DNA of 14,652 nt from NCBI GenBank assembly GCA_047611865.1, contig JBLFWS010000080.1, forward strand, positions 1 to 14,652. Direction: 5' to 3'. Below, piece after piece: positions 7,597 to 14,652 of this stretch. Below the pieces are notes generated by a model. That model saw only the letters and a list, made by a program, of their open reading frames with translations, did not search any database and was not told where the DNA came from. The position numbers and the translations under genes were made by a program. Position 1 is the stretch's first letter; the number at the start of each line of letters is the position of its first letter. This DNA comes from Chlamydiales bacterium. GTDB taxonomy: Bacteria; Chlamydiota; Chlamydiia; Chlamydiales; JBDQID01.

Positions 7597-8586
7597 ATGT
7601 CGGCAACAAACACCAAAATCCCTCTTTGGAGAAAAATCCAAAGAAATAATTTCACAAATGCTCAAAATCTATCCGATTTCCTCATGTTGGATAAGCAGCA
7701 AGCAAGTCGTATTACGACTCGCAGAAATTTTCCACTCAACCTTCCTCTACGCCTTGCTGAAAAAATAGAAAAAGGAAATTTAGAGGATCCTATTTTAAAA
7801 CAATTTATCCCAACTATCGAAGAAGAACTAGAAATAAAAGGCTATACCTCAGACCCCGTCGGAGATCTCCAATCCAAAATAGACAACAAGCTTTTACACA
7901 AGTATCATGGTAGAGCCCTACTAGTATGCACTAGCGCTTGTGCTATGCACTGTAGATATTGCTTTAGACAGAACTTTCCTTACGAAAAAAGTACAGAAAC
8001 CCCTTTTGATTCAGAAATCCAACTCTTGAAAGAAGACTCCTCAATTAGTGAAGTGCTCTTAAGCGGAGGAGATCCGCTATCTTTAAGCAATTCAGTACTC
8101 TCATCTCTTATTACACGGCTATCAGAAATCCCTCACTTACAACGTCTACGTTTTCACACTCGATTTCCTATTGGTATTCCAGAGAGAATTGATGAAGAAT
8201 TAATCGAAATTCTTTCCCGTACTTCCTTGCAAATCGTTTTTGTAATTCACTGCAACCACCCTAGAGAACTAGACTTTGATAATCTGGCAGCCCTTAATAA
8301 AATTCAAAAACTAGGAATTCCTATTTTAAATCAGTCAGTTCTCCTCAAAGATGTAAATAACTGCGTCAATACCCTTCGCTCTCTTTGTGAAAAACTCATC
8401 GACAATGGTATCATACCTTATTACCTCCACCAGCTTGACCGAGTAAAGGGTGCAGCACACTTTGAAGTTCCAGAAACTGAAGGCCTAAAACTTATCCGGG
8501 AACTACAAAAAGTTCTTCCTGGCTATGCTGTTCCGAAATATGTTCGCGAAATCCCCGGTGAATCCAACAAAACTCCTTTAATTTAA
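7597..8586 (+). CDS. epmB: KamA-family radical SAM lysine 2,3-aminomutase, EpmB-like
   Basis: LLHKY..RALL, CAMHCRYCFR (CxxxCxxC), LSGGDPL, RFHTR.P, NQSVLL..VN, PYYLHQLD and C-terminal PKYVREIPGESNKTPL with the PLP lysine. The 329-aa length fits EpmB rather than the longer KamA. Confidence 0.88.
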   Translation: MSATNTKIPLWRKIQRNNFTNAQNLSDFLMLDKQQASRITTRRNFPLNLPLRLAEKIEKGNLEDPILKQFIPTIEEELEIKGYTSDPVGDLQSKIDNKLLHKYHGRALLVCTSACAMHCRYCFRQNFPYEKSTETPFDSEIQLLKEDSSISEVLLSGGDPLSLSNSVLSSLITRLSEIPHLQRLRFHTRFPIGIPERIDEELIEILSRTSLQIVFVIHCNHPRELDFDNLAALNKIQKLGIPILNQSVLLKDVNNCVNTLRSLCEKLIDNGIIPYYLHQLDRVKGAAHFEVPETEGLKLIRELQKVLPGYAVPKYVREIPGESNKTPLI

Positions 8587-8617
8587 GTAGTTTGGAAATA
8601 CCGAAAAGTGAGACGCA

Positions 8618-9712
8618 ATGAAGGCTTACCTACTTTCTCTTAGCACCCATACCCCACCTTACTTTGAAGCACACGATGCTTTTGCCGAAAAACTGATAGA
8701 GGCACTACGACTAGATAAAAGACAGTCAAAGTTAGTCCAAAAGATTTTCAGGGGCACTAAAATTAAAAAAAGACACACTGTCATTGAAGACTTTCTCAAT
8801 CCCCGTTTTGAAGGACCCCTCTTTGGCTCTTCTCTTCCTGAGTCTGCTCCAGGGATGTCTCAAAGAAATGAAGTTTACATTAAAGAAGCTCCACTACTTG
8901 CACATGCTACAGCAGAGAAAACTCTTAATTCCTGGAAAGGAAGTCGCCAAGATATCACCCACCTAATTTCCGTTTCCTGCACGGGTCTCACAGCACCAGG
9001 AATTGAGTTCCTACTACTCGAGTCACTAGGTCTATCGAGATCTACAGATAGGCTAGGAATCAATTTCATGGGTTGTTTTGGAGCTTTCAAAGGTCTCTCT
9101 ATTGCAAAATCTATTGCCCGCGAAAATCCTAATAACCGAGTACTATTAGTTTGCACAGAACTTTGCTCACTGCATCTCAATTTCGATGGAAAACTAGACA
9201 CAATCATTTCCAATGCCATATTCAGCGATGGAGCCGCATCCTTAATCGTTGGTTGCGAACCTCGTCCAGAAGAAAATCCGCTGATGGAAATTGTCTCTCA
9301 CTCTTCTTATGCTTTATCAGATACCCTCCCTCTCATGACCTGGGAAGCGCGTGATGAGGGTCTTGTTATGGGACTTTCCCGAGAAGTTCCCAAAATTATT
9401 GAGAAACATGCTGCCTCCTTTGCCAAATCTCTCTTAGGAGAAAATATAGACTTTTCTGACTGCTGCTGGCCTATCCACCCGGGAGGAAAAGCTATCCTTG
9501 AATCCGTCGAAAAATCCTGTCAATTAGATAGATCTCAAACTTCATCCTCTTGGGAAATCTGGGAAAATTACGGAAATATGTCCAGCGCGACCTTCCTCTT
9601 TGTTCTTGAAAATATTCTCAATAAACCAGCCTCTCGAGAGTGGAACGTCGGTTTAGGCTTTGGTCCGGGACTTTCTATGGAAGGAATGTTACTGCGTAGG
9701 ATTATGTCGTGA
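8618..9712 (+). CDS. Type III polyketide synthase (chalcone/stilbene synthase family)
   Basis: Intact catalytic triad: Cys (FMGCFG), His (IHPGG), Asn (YGNMSS). Also VSCTG, ELCSL, FSDGAA and GFGPGL. Confidence 0.95.
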   Translation: MKAYLLSLSTHTPPYFEAHDAFAEKLIEALRLDKRQSKLVQKIFRGTKIKKRHTVIEDFLNPRFEGPLFGSSLPESAPGMSQRNEVYIKEAPLLAHATAEKTLNSWKGSRQDITHLISVSCTGLTAPGIEFLLLESLGLSRSTDRLGINFMGCFGAFKGLSIAKSIARENPNNRVLLVCTELCSLHLNFDGKLDTIISNAIFSDGAASLIVGCEPRPEENPLMEIVSHSSYALSDTLPLMTWEARDEGLVMGLSREVPKIIEKHAASFAKSLLGENIDFSDCCWPIHPGGKAILESVEKSCQLDRSQTSSSWEIWENYGNMSSATFLFVLENILNKPASREWNVGLGFGPGLSMEGMLLRRIMS

Positions 9713-10416
9713 AGAAACCTATCCGATCAAATGTTCCGGAATATATCGATATCGGTCCGGAATGCTACACCGATACAGAGTACCAAGACTGTCTAAAACA
9801 ACTGGGTAGAGTGGGCGCTCTTCTTGGGGGAAACAGGGCTACTTTTGCTGCATTTTCTCAACTAGCTCAAAAACCCATCTCTATCCTTGATGTCGGCTGT
9901 GGTGGTGGTCACTTTACGCAAGAACTCGCAAAAAAATTTACGGAAGCAAAAGTTGTAGGGATTGATTACTCTTCTTCTGCAATCGATTATGCCCAAAATC
10001 AGATTATCAATAATGATCTCCCAAACCTCAGCTTTGAAAATACTTCAGAACTCAAATTGGACGTTCCTGAAAATAGCTTCGAGGTCATTACAGCAACTCT
10101 CGTTTGTCATCACATGTCAGACGATAACCTCATAGATTTCCTAAAAAGGGCTCACCGGTCAGCTAGTAAAGCTATTATTATTAACGACCTTCATAGGCAC
10201 CCTCTTGCTTATGGAAGTTTTGCACTCATCGCACCCATTCTATTTCGCAACCGCTTAATTACTCACGATGGCTTACTTTCAGTCCAAAAAGCTTTCAAAA
10301 AAACAGATTGGGCTTACTATCTTTCGAAAGCAGGAATCCCTACTAACTCATGGAGAATAGAATGGAAATGGGCATTTCGCTGGATCATAACGATCCATAC
10401 GACTTCATCGTCATAG
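9709..10416 (+). CDS. Class I SAM-dependent methyltransferase
   Basis: ILDVGCGGG, GID, TLVCHH and INDLHR motifs. The GTG start overlaps the PKS stop (GTGA), with AGGA upstream. Confidence 0.92.
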   Translation: MKKPIRSNVPEYIDIGPECYTDTEYQDCLKQLGRVGALLGGNRATFAAFSQLAQKPISILDVGCGGGHFTQELAKKFTEAKVVGIDYSSSAIDYAQNQIINNDLPNLSFENTSELKLDVPENSFEVITATLVCHHMSDDNLIDFLKRAHRSASKAIIINDLHRHPLAYGSFALIAPILFRNRLITHDGLLSVQKAFKKTDWAYYLSKAGIPTNSWRIEWKWAFRWIITIHTTSSS

Positions 10417-11468
10417 GGGGTGGCATTGCAGGTCTTAGCGCTGCCAATCACCTCATTGACCTTGGAGCAAAAGTCATCCTTGTAGAAGCCGGTACTTATC
10501 CTTCTCACAAAGTGTGTGGAGAGTTTCTATCTCCTGAATGCCTCCCCATTCTGGAAAAATGGAAACTCCCCATAGCACAAAAAATTCACCATATCCACTT
10601 TGTCTCTGATCAGAAAAGCTATACCTTTGACATACCCGGGGTAGCAGGTGGCATGTCTCGCTATCACTTTGACACTCTCCTTGCAGACCGCATTATTGAA
10701 AAAGGCTCTACTGTCATTACAGAAAACAAAGTTACAAATCTGCGTCTTCCAGAAAATGTGGATCGAAAAAAATATGAGGTTACCTTAGCTTCAGGAGATA
10801 TCCTTTACTCCTCCAACATAGTCCTTGGGACAGGTCGCATCCCTTTTCAGGGTATACACACAAAGCCTCCCAAGATTCGTTATATTGGTATCAAAGCCCA
10901 TTTCGAGGGTATTGAAACAAATGGCACCCTTCAAATGCATTCTCTCCCCTCTGCATACGTCGGAGTGTCCAATATATCCCCCAATGTAGTCAATGTAGCC
11001 TGTATAGCAAAAGTCAAGTGCTTGGATTCTTTCGAATCTCCCAGCCATCTAATGAAACACCTCCTCACTCTCCCTGAATCCTCTAGCTTAAGGAATACCC
11101 TTTCAAAAGGTCGTATGATTTTTCCTGACTGGATGCACACCTTCGCCCCCACTTTCACCTATTCTAATCCTCCAAAATGGGAAAGTGGATTTTTCGTTGG
11201 AGATGCTGCAGGATCCACGAACCCCGCCACCGGAGATGGCCTCTCAATGGGTTTGATCTCAGGAAGAATTCTTTCAGAATATGCTATGAATGGCGACGCA
11301 ATGGGATATAGGAAAGCCTGGCGTAAACGATTTATTCCTCAAATACGCTGGGGAAGGCTCCTTCATGAAATTTTACTGAATCCCCCCCTGGCAAAGACCG
11401 CAATAGGTCTCTCTAGGACATTCCCCGAATTCTCTCAGTGGTTTTACCGGGTGACTCGAGGACTTTAA
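10362..11468 (+). CDS. FAD-dependent oxidoreductase, geranylgeranyl-reductase/aromatic hydroxylase fold
   Basis: VIGGGIAG Rossmann motif, HKVCGE, R..FD..L and VGDAAG..NP.TGDG. I chose ATG 10362 because GGAG lies 6 nt upstream; 10350 and 10368 are alternatives. Confidence 0.9.
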   Translation: MEMGISLDHNDPYDFIVIGGGIAGLSAANHLIDLGAKVILVEAGTYPSHKVCGEFLSPECLPILEKWKLPIAQKIHHIHFVSDQKSYTFDIPGVAGGMSRYHFDTLLADRIIEKGSTVITENKVTNLRLPENVDRKKYEVTLASGDILYSSNIVLGTGRIPFQGIHTKPPKIRYIGIKAHFEGIETNGTLQMHSLPSAYVGVSNISPNVVNVACIAKVKCLDSFESPSHLMKHLLTLPESSSLRNTLSKGRMIFPDWMHTFAPTFTYSNPPKWESGFFVGDAAGSTNPATGDGLSMGLISGRILSEYAMNGDAMGYRKAWRKRFIPQIRWGRLLHEILLNPPLAKTAIGLSRTFPEFSQWFYRVTRGL

Positions 11469-11504
11469 ACCCGGCCACAAAGTTAAAGTTTATGGCCGAG
11501 TACA
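11466..11504. repeat. Internally deleted, degenerate relative of the 4126-4258 element; probable bidirectional terminator
   Basis: TAAACCCGGCCACAAAGTTA-AAGTTTATGGCCGAGTACA. CGGCCACAAAGTTA is an exact 14-nt match to the reverse complement of the element's right arm. AAGTTTATGGCCGAG matches the reverse complement of the left arm at 14/15. Confidence 0.75.
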
Positions 11505-11511
11505 TCATACA

Positions 11512-12441
11512 TCACTTACTTTCTTCTACAGACACAGGTTTGTCCCGGGAAAAAAACTGAGCCCATGACAGGCTACCAGTTAAAGAATACAAGAATCCAT
11601 CCCTACATGTAAGCAAACCTTTCTCTTGCAATACGGGAGTGAACTTATTTGGAAGAGCTATCCCTGAACCATTGTCCTCTAGTATCCCTTTAAAAGGTAT
11701 ACCACATCCTGAGCATGAGCACTTTGTAAAGCCCCCGCCGCAATAACTGCAATTCCGATCAAAGATTGGCTCTCTACTTCCTTTTATTTCGCTCCCTTCA
11801 ATTGGGTGCAATGTGCTAATGGCTATGGAATCATTCCAAACTTCTTGTGTAGGCTTAGACTGATCCCATCGGATATCATCCCATGAACGAGCTGAAGACC
11901 AATATAAAGTGCTTGAAGAGCTCAGCTTACCTTGCTCACTAACTTCGTTAGGATGTGCTAATGCGATCTCTCCAGAGCCCGCCCACGAGTCTACATAAAG
12001 ACTATTGGGCCATGCCTTTTGAGCAAACTCCATTGACCTACAAATGTATGGAAATCTCTGTTTCATATCTCCAAAACGAACATGCTCAGCATAAGTTTGG
12101 GGAGTCTTTTGTGGTTTAAGATAGCTTAGGAAAAATACTTTGTGAGTTTTATCAACAGCACCTTCTGAATTTTGTGACGATAGTCGCAAAAGATGGACAA
12201 AATCACGAACAAGTACAGCCGGACAAGCAAAACTCACCGTTTGACTTTTCCTGGCATTTGCCATAAGAGTATCAAGCTGAGAAGCATCCAGATGAGGGCA
12301 ATACTCCGCTAAAGAGTCTGAATCAACAATCTCTACATTTCTTCCAAGAAGGGTCGTTAACTTCTGCTGATAGTCTTTTCTGGTAACCACATACACCGTG
12401 GAATCGAGGTATTCTGTTTCATAATGCTGCACAGCAGTCAT
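11512..12441 (-). CDS. Hypothetical protein with a C-terminal Cys cluster (CxxC-x6-CxCxxC)
   Basis: 309-codon ORF filling the gap between flanking genes, strong RBS AAGGAGAA, and CSYCGGGFTKCSCSGC. No family recognised. Confidence 0.8.
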   Translation of the reverse strand: MTAVQHYETEYLDSTVYVVTRKDYQQKLTTLLGRNVEIVDSDSLAEYCPHLDASQLDTLMANARKSQTVSFACPAVLVRDFVHLLRLSSQNSEGAVDKTHKVFFLSYLKPQKTPQTYAEHVRFGDMKQRFPYICRSMEFAQKAWPNSLYVDSWAGSGEIALAHPNEVSEQGKLSSSSTLYWSSARSWDDIRWDQSKPTQEVWNDSIAISTLHPIEGSEIKGSREPIFDRNCSYCGGGFTKCSCSGCGIPFKGILEDNGSGIALPNKFTPVLQEKGLLTCRDGFLYSLTGSLSWAQFFSRDKPVSVEESK

Positions 12442-12537
12442 TTCTTTTCTCCTTAATGAGGTTCCGTACCTAAATAAGGAATTCTAACTTTTAGGCACAC
12501 ACCTTTTCCCTATTCTGAATTAAAAATATCTAAAGAG

Positions 12538-12563
12538 CCCTCCCCTTTTATGCTTCAGGAGGG
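12538..12563 (-). terminator. Possible intrinsic terminator after the YyaL-AKR gene
   Basis: CCCTCC/GGAGGG stem about 30 nt past the stop, followed on the minus strand by CTCTTTAGATATTTTT. The loop is large and the U tract weak. Confidence 0.35.
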
Positions 12564-12595
12564 AAACGCATTCATTTTATTTATTCAACAAACTA

Positions 12596-14652
12596 TTAAA
12601 TATTAAAATTTTCCATCGCCTTATATATCGGATAAACCTTTTTTATCATTGGCCATTCATGTACCTCCATAGAGTCGTTTACATAGGGTTCACTACGCAT
12701 TCCATTCAACACGCAAGTCACACCTGGCGTGCTCGAAACTATCCAGAGGGCTTTTCTCGAAAGGCTTTCTCCTCGGCGTTCTTCAGGAAGTAAGGGGTCA
12801 ATAATTCTTGAAACATTTTGACTCTGCAAGCGACTGTTCAGGCAAGCCTGTCTATGTAGATCATCAAAAACTTTTTTTAAAGAAAGGAGATATCTTCTTT
12901 TCCAATTATCCCATTTCTCCTCATGAATACTCATGAAAAATTTACCCACAATACCCAAGACATTCTTAATTTGTGGAACGAGCTGGTGATTTACAAGATC
13001 TTCCCATTGGAGCTTGCTCTCCATTTTCCTATTACACAAGTTTAAAGCTTCAGCGTAGATAAACAAGCCTGCCATAGCAAAACTGTTTCCAGCACTTTGA
13101 ATCAATGGATAGATATCTTCTCGCCATTCCTTCTCTAAATTTCTTATGATATTTATGCTCGAGGCAAAATCTATGGGTTCTCCCTGGACTTCGATATCTG
13201 CTATACGAAATAATTGTTGGTTCTTTATCCCATTCAAAGGTCTATTCACCATTACAGCTATATTATTCTCTTTGGCCACAGATAGAACTTTCCTCTTATT
13301 ATGATTTTTCTTTAGAAAAGCTTCTGATTCAATAAGATTCATAGGAAGTTGAACTACTTTAAAATGATTGTCCTTACCTGCAACTTCTCTTGCAACTTCT
13401 ATCATATTCAATAAAGAAGAATGGCCGGGTGAATCTGAGGACTCCTTGAGAGTATTCGATGAAACACCGTAGTTTTGAATAACCCCCTCTGCAACCTTTT
13501 TTTCCAGGAAAGTAAACGCTTTTCCAAGACGTTTATAAAACTCTTTGCGACGATCTTGAACTTTGCTCTCATTTCTATTTTCCGCATCAATAAGGAAGTA
13601 CTCAGGATTATGAAGAAGTAACACATCAATGGTCTCAATCTGTAACCTTGTGAGAGAATGCTCAAGCTGTTCCTCAAGAAACTCAGGGTGGATACAATGC
13701 CAACAATCATTTGCATATTTGACCATTTCAGGGAAAGGACTTCCTCGCTTTTCTCTTTCCTCTGAAATAGAAAGATTCTTTCCTTGAACATAGCCCACTT
13801 TTGTTACAACAATCACTTCCTCGCGCTTAATTTCATCTTTAGCTACGAGCTCTTTTAGTACCTCACCAACGCATTTTTCGCTTTTGCCATCAGTATAATT
13901 TGTGGATGTATCAATTAGGTTACACCCTTTCCTTATGGATAGAGTTAGGGCATCGTGAAATATGGGACTATCATCAATGCGATATGACCCAAACCCGAGT
14001 TTACTCGTGTACAAATCTGTTGACCCAAGAGGTCTGTAGCCTTTTTTGCCTTTTCTCTTAAAAAATGCTCTTGTATCTTCAGAAGTAGCCTTCCCCTTCA
14101 AATACTCTCCCACAGACTTATGAGAGAAGTTTTGCATTGGTTTTTGCAAATTATGAAAGCATGCGGAGATTTTTCCCGGATCTGAAATGGCTGGCTGGCA
14201 TGACTTATTTTTACACAAATAAAGAGCAGGCTTGCCATTTACAAGTTCTTTTCCAAAAAGTCCCTTCCGTAGCTTTTCCCCACCTGAGGAAGGGTTAACG
14301 TGAGAAACAATCCGGTTAGGTACAAACTCTTTCGCAACAGCCCCTCTTAAAAGATTGTATTCTTCAGTCTCTGGAGACCCTACGAGTGTCATTTCAGTGG
14401 GGCCTTTCAAAAGAAAGTCTATCGCCGTAAGCGTCGTAATAAAAACCTGAGGAAACTCTGCAACTTGTTGTCCATAAGCTATAAGAGACTTTCGACTAAT
14501 TGCCTCTAATTCATTTCTCTCATAATGCCATGACAAACGTAATAAGGCCATTGCAGCCTGAGCATTCCCATTTGGCAGAACACTATCTTTTCCATCTCTA
14601 TAACGAAGATATAGTTCTTCATGGTCTTTAGAAGTACTATAAAATGATCCAC
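12596..14652 (-). CDS. 5'-truncated fusion: C-terminal part of a YyaL/DUF255 (SPATA20-like) protein joined to an aldo/keto reductase
   Basis: The frame stays open past the listed ATG 14551 to the window edge: GSFYSTSKDHEELYLRYRDGKDSVLPNGNAQAAMALLRL (YyaL-like D...P.GN...A..LLRL), then ALYLCKNKSCQPA. The AKR part has LGFGSYR, IDTSTNY, VVTKVG, LLLHNP, YGVSS and VQLPMN. Confidence 0.88.
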   Translation of the reverse strand, partial: GSFYSTSKDHEELYLRYRDGKDSVLPNGNAQAAMALLRLSWHYERNELEAISRKSLIAYGQQVAEFPQVFITTLTAIDFLLKGPTEMTLVGSPETEEYNLLRGAVAKEFVPNRIVSHVNPSSGGEKLRKGLFGKELVNGKPALYLCKNKSCQPAISDPGKISACFHNLQKPMQNFSHKSVGEYLKGKATSEDTRAFFKRKGKKGYRPLGSTDLYTSKLGFGSYRIDDSPIFHDALTLSIRKGCNLIDTSTNYTDGKSEKCVGEVLKELVAKDEIKREEVIVVTKVGYVQGKNLSISEEREKRGSPFPEMVKYANDCWHCIHPEFLEEQLEHSLTRLQIETIDVLLLHNPEYFLIDAENRNESKVQDRRKEFYKRLGKAFTFLEKKVAEGVIQNYGVSSNTLKESSDSPGHSSLLNMIEVAREVAGKDNHFKVVQLPMNLIESEAFLKKNHNKRKVLSVAKENNIAVMVNRPLNGIKNQQLFRIADIEVQGEPIDFASSINIIRNLEKEWREDIYPLIQSAGNSFAMAGLFIYAEALNLCNRKMESKLQWEDLVNHQLVPQIKNVLGIVGKFFMSIHEEKWDNWKRRYLLSLKKVFDDLHRQACLNSRLQSQNVSRIIDPLLPEERRGESLSRKALWIVSSTPGVTCVLNGMRSEPYVNDSMEVHEWPMIKKVYPIYKAMENFNI

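Noticed and set aside
10362..11468. Flavin-dependent halogenase interpretation
   Set aside because: There is no WxWxIP motif, and the KxCG and GDAAG..P..GxG pattern fits the geranylgeranyl-reductase-like family better.
4125..11504. CRISPR or integron attC interpretation of the recurring palindromes
   Set aside because: No regularly spaced direct repeats, cas genes or integrase are present, and the hairpins flank housekeeping genes rather than cassette arrays.
876..13791. Short nested or antisense ORFs in the track (876, 3344, 5038, 5115, 5171, 5984, 6351, 6584, 8784, 8875, 9151, 10317, 10791, 10931, 13408)
   Set aside because: All lie largely within longer genes that have strong family motifs, and none has a recognisable motif. 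They are shadow ORFs.
14549..14551. ATG 14551 as the start of the last gene
   Set aside because: The frame is open to the window edge and the upstream residues continue the YyaL-like motifs.

Overview
This window most likely comes from an environmental Chlamydiota genome, judging by the chlamydial-type IspF and MurA, a flavodoxin-less CysJ-like protein and Tsp; the taxonomy is inferred. Gene order: tRNA-Phe(GAA) (-), tsp (-), cysJ-like reductase (+), ispF (-), ATP-grasp protein (+), murA (+), epmB/kamA-type radical SAM (+), a tightly coupled type III PKS + SAM methyltransferase + FAD oxidoreductase cassette (+), an orphan Cys-cluster protein (-), and the 3' part of a YyaL/DUF255-aldo/keto reductase fusion that runs off the window (-). 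Four things stand out. (1) A 133-bp ERIC-like palindromic element with TATAC...GTATA ends, plus two miniature hairpins with the same kind of ends, all just downstream of stop codons. (2) The type III PKS cluster, a candidate alkylresorcinol/quinone pathway. (3) A three-half-site dyad sitting on the cysJ-like promoter. (4) The ATP-grasp/murA/aminomutase juxtaposition.
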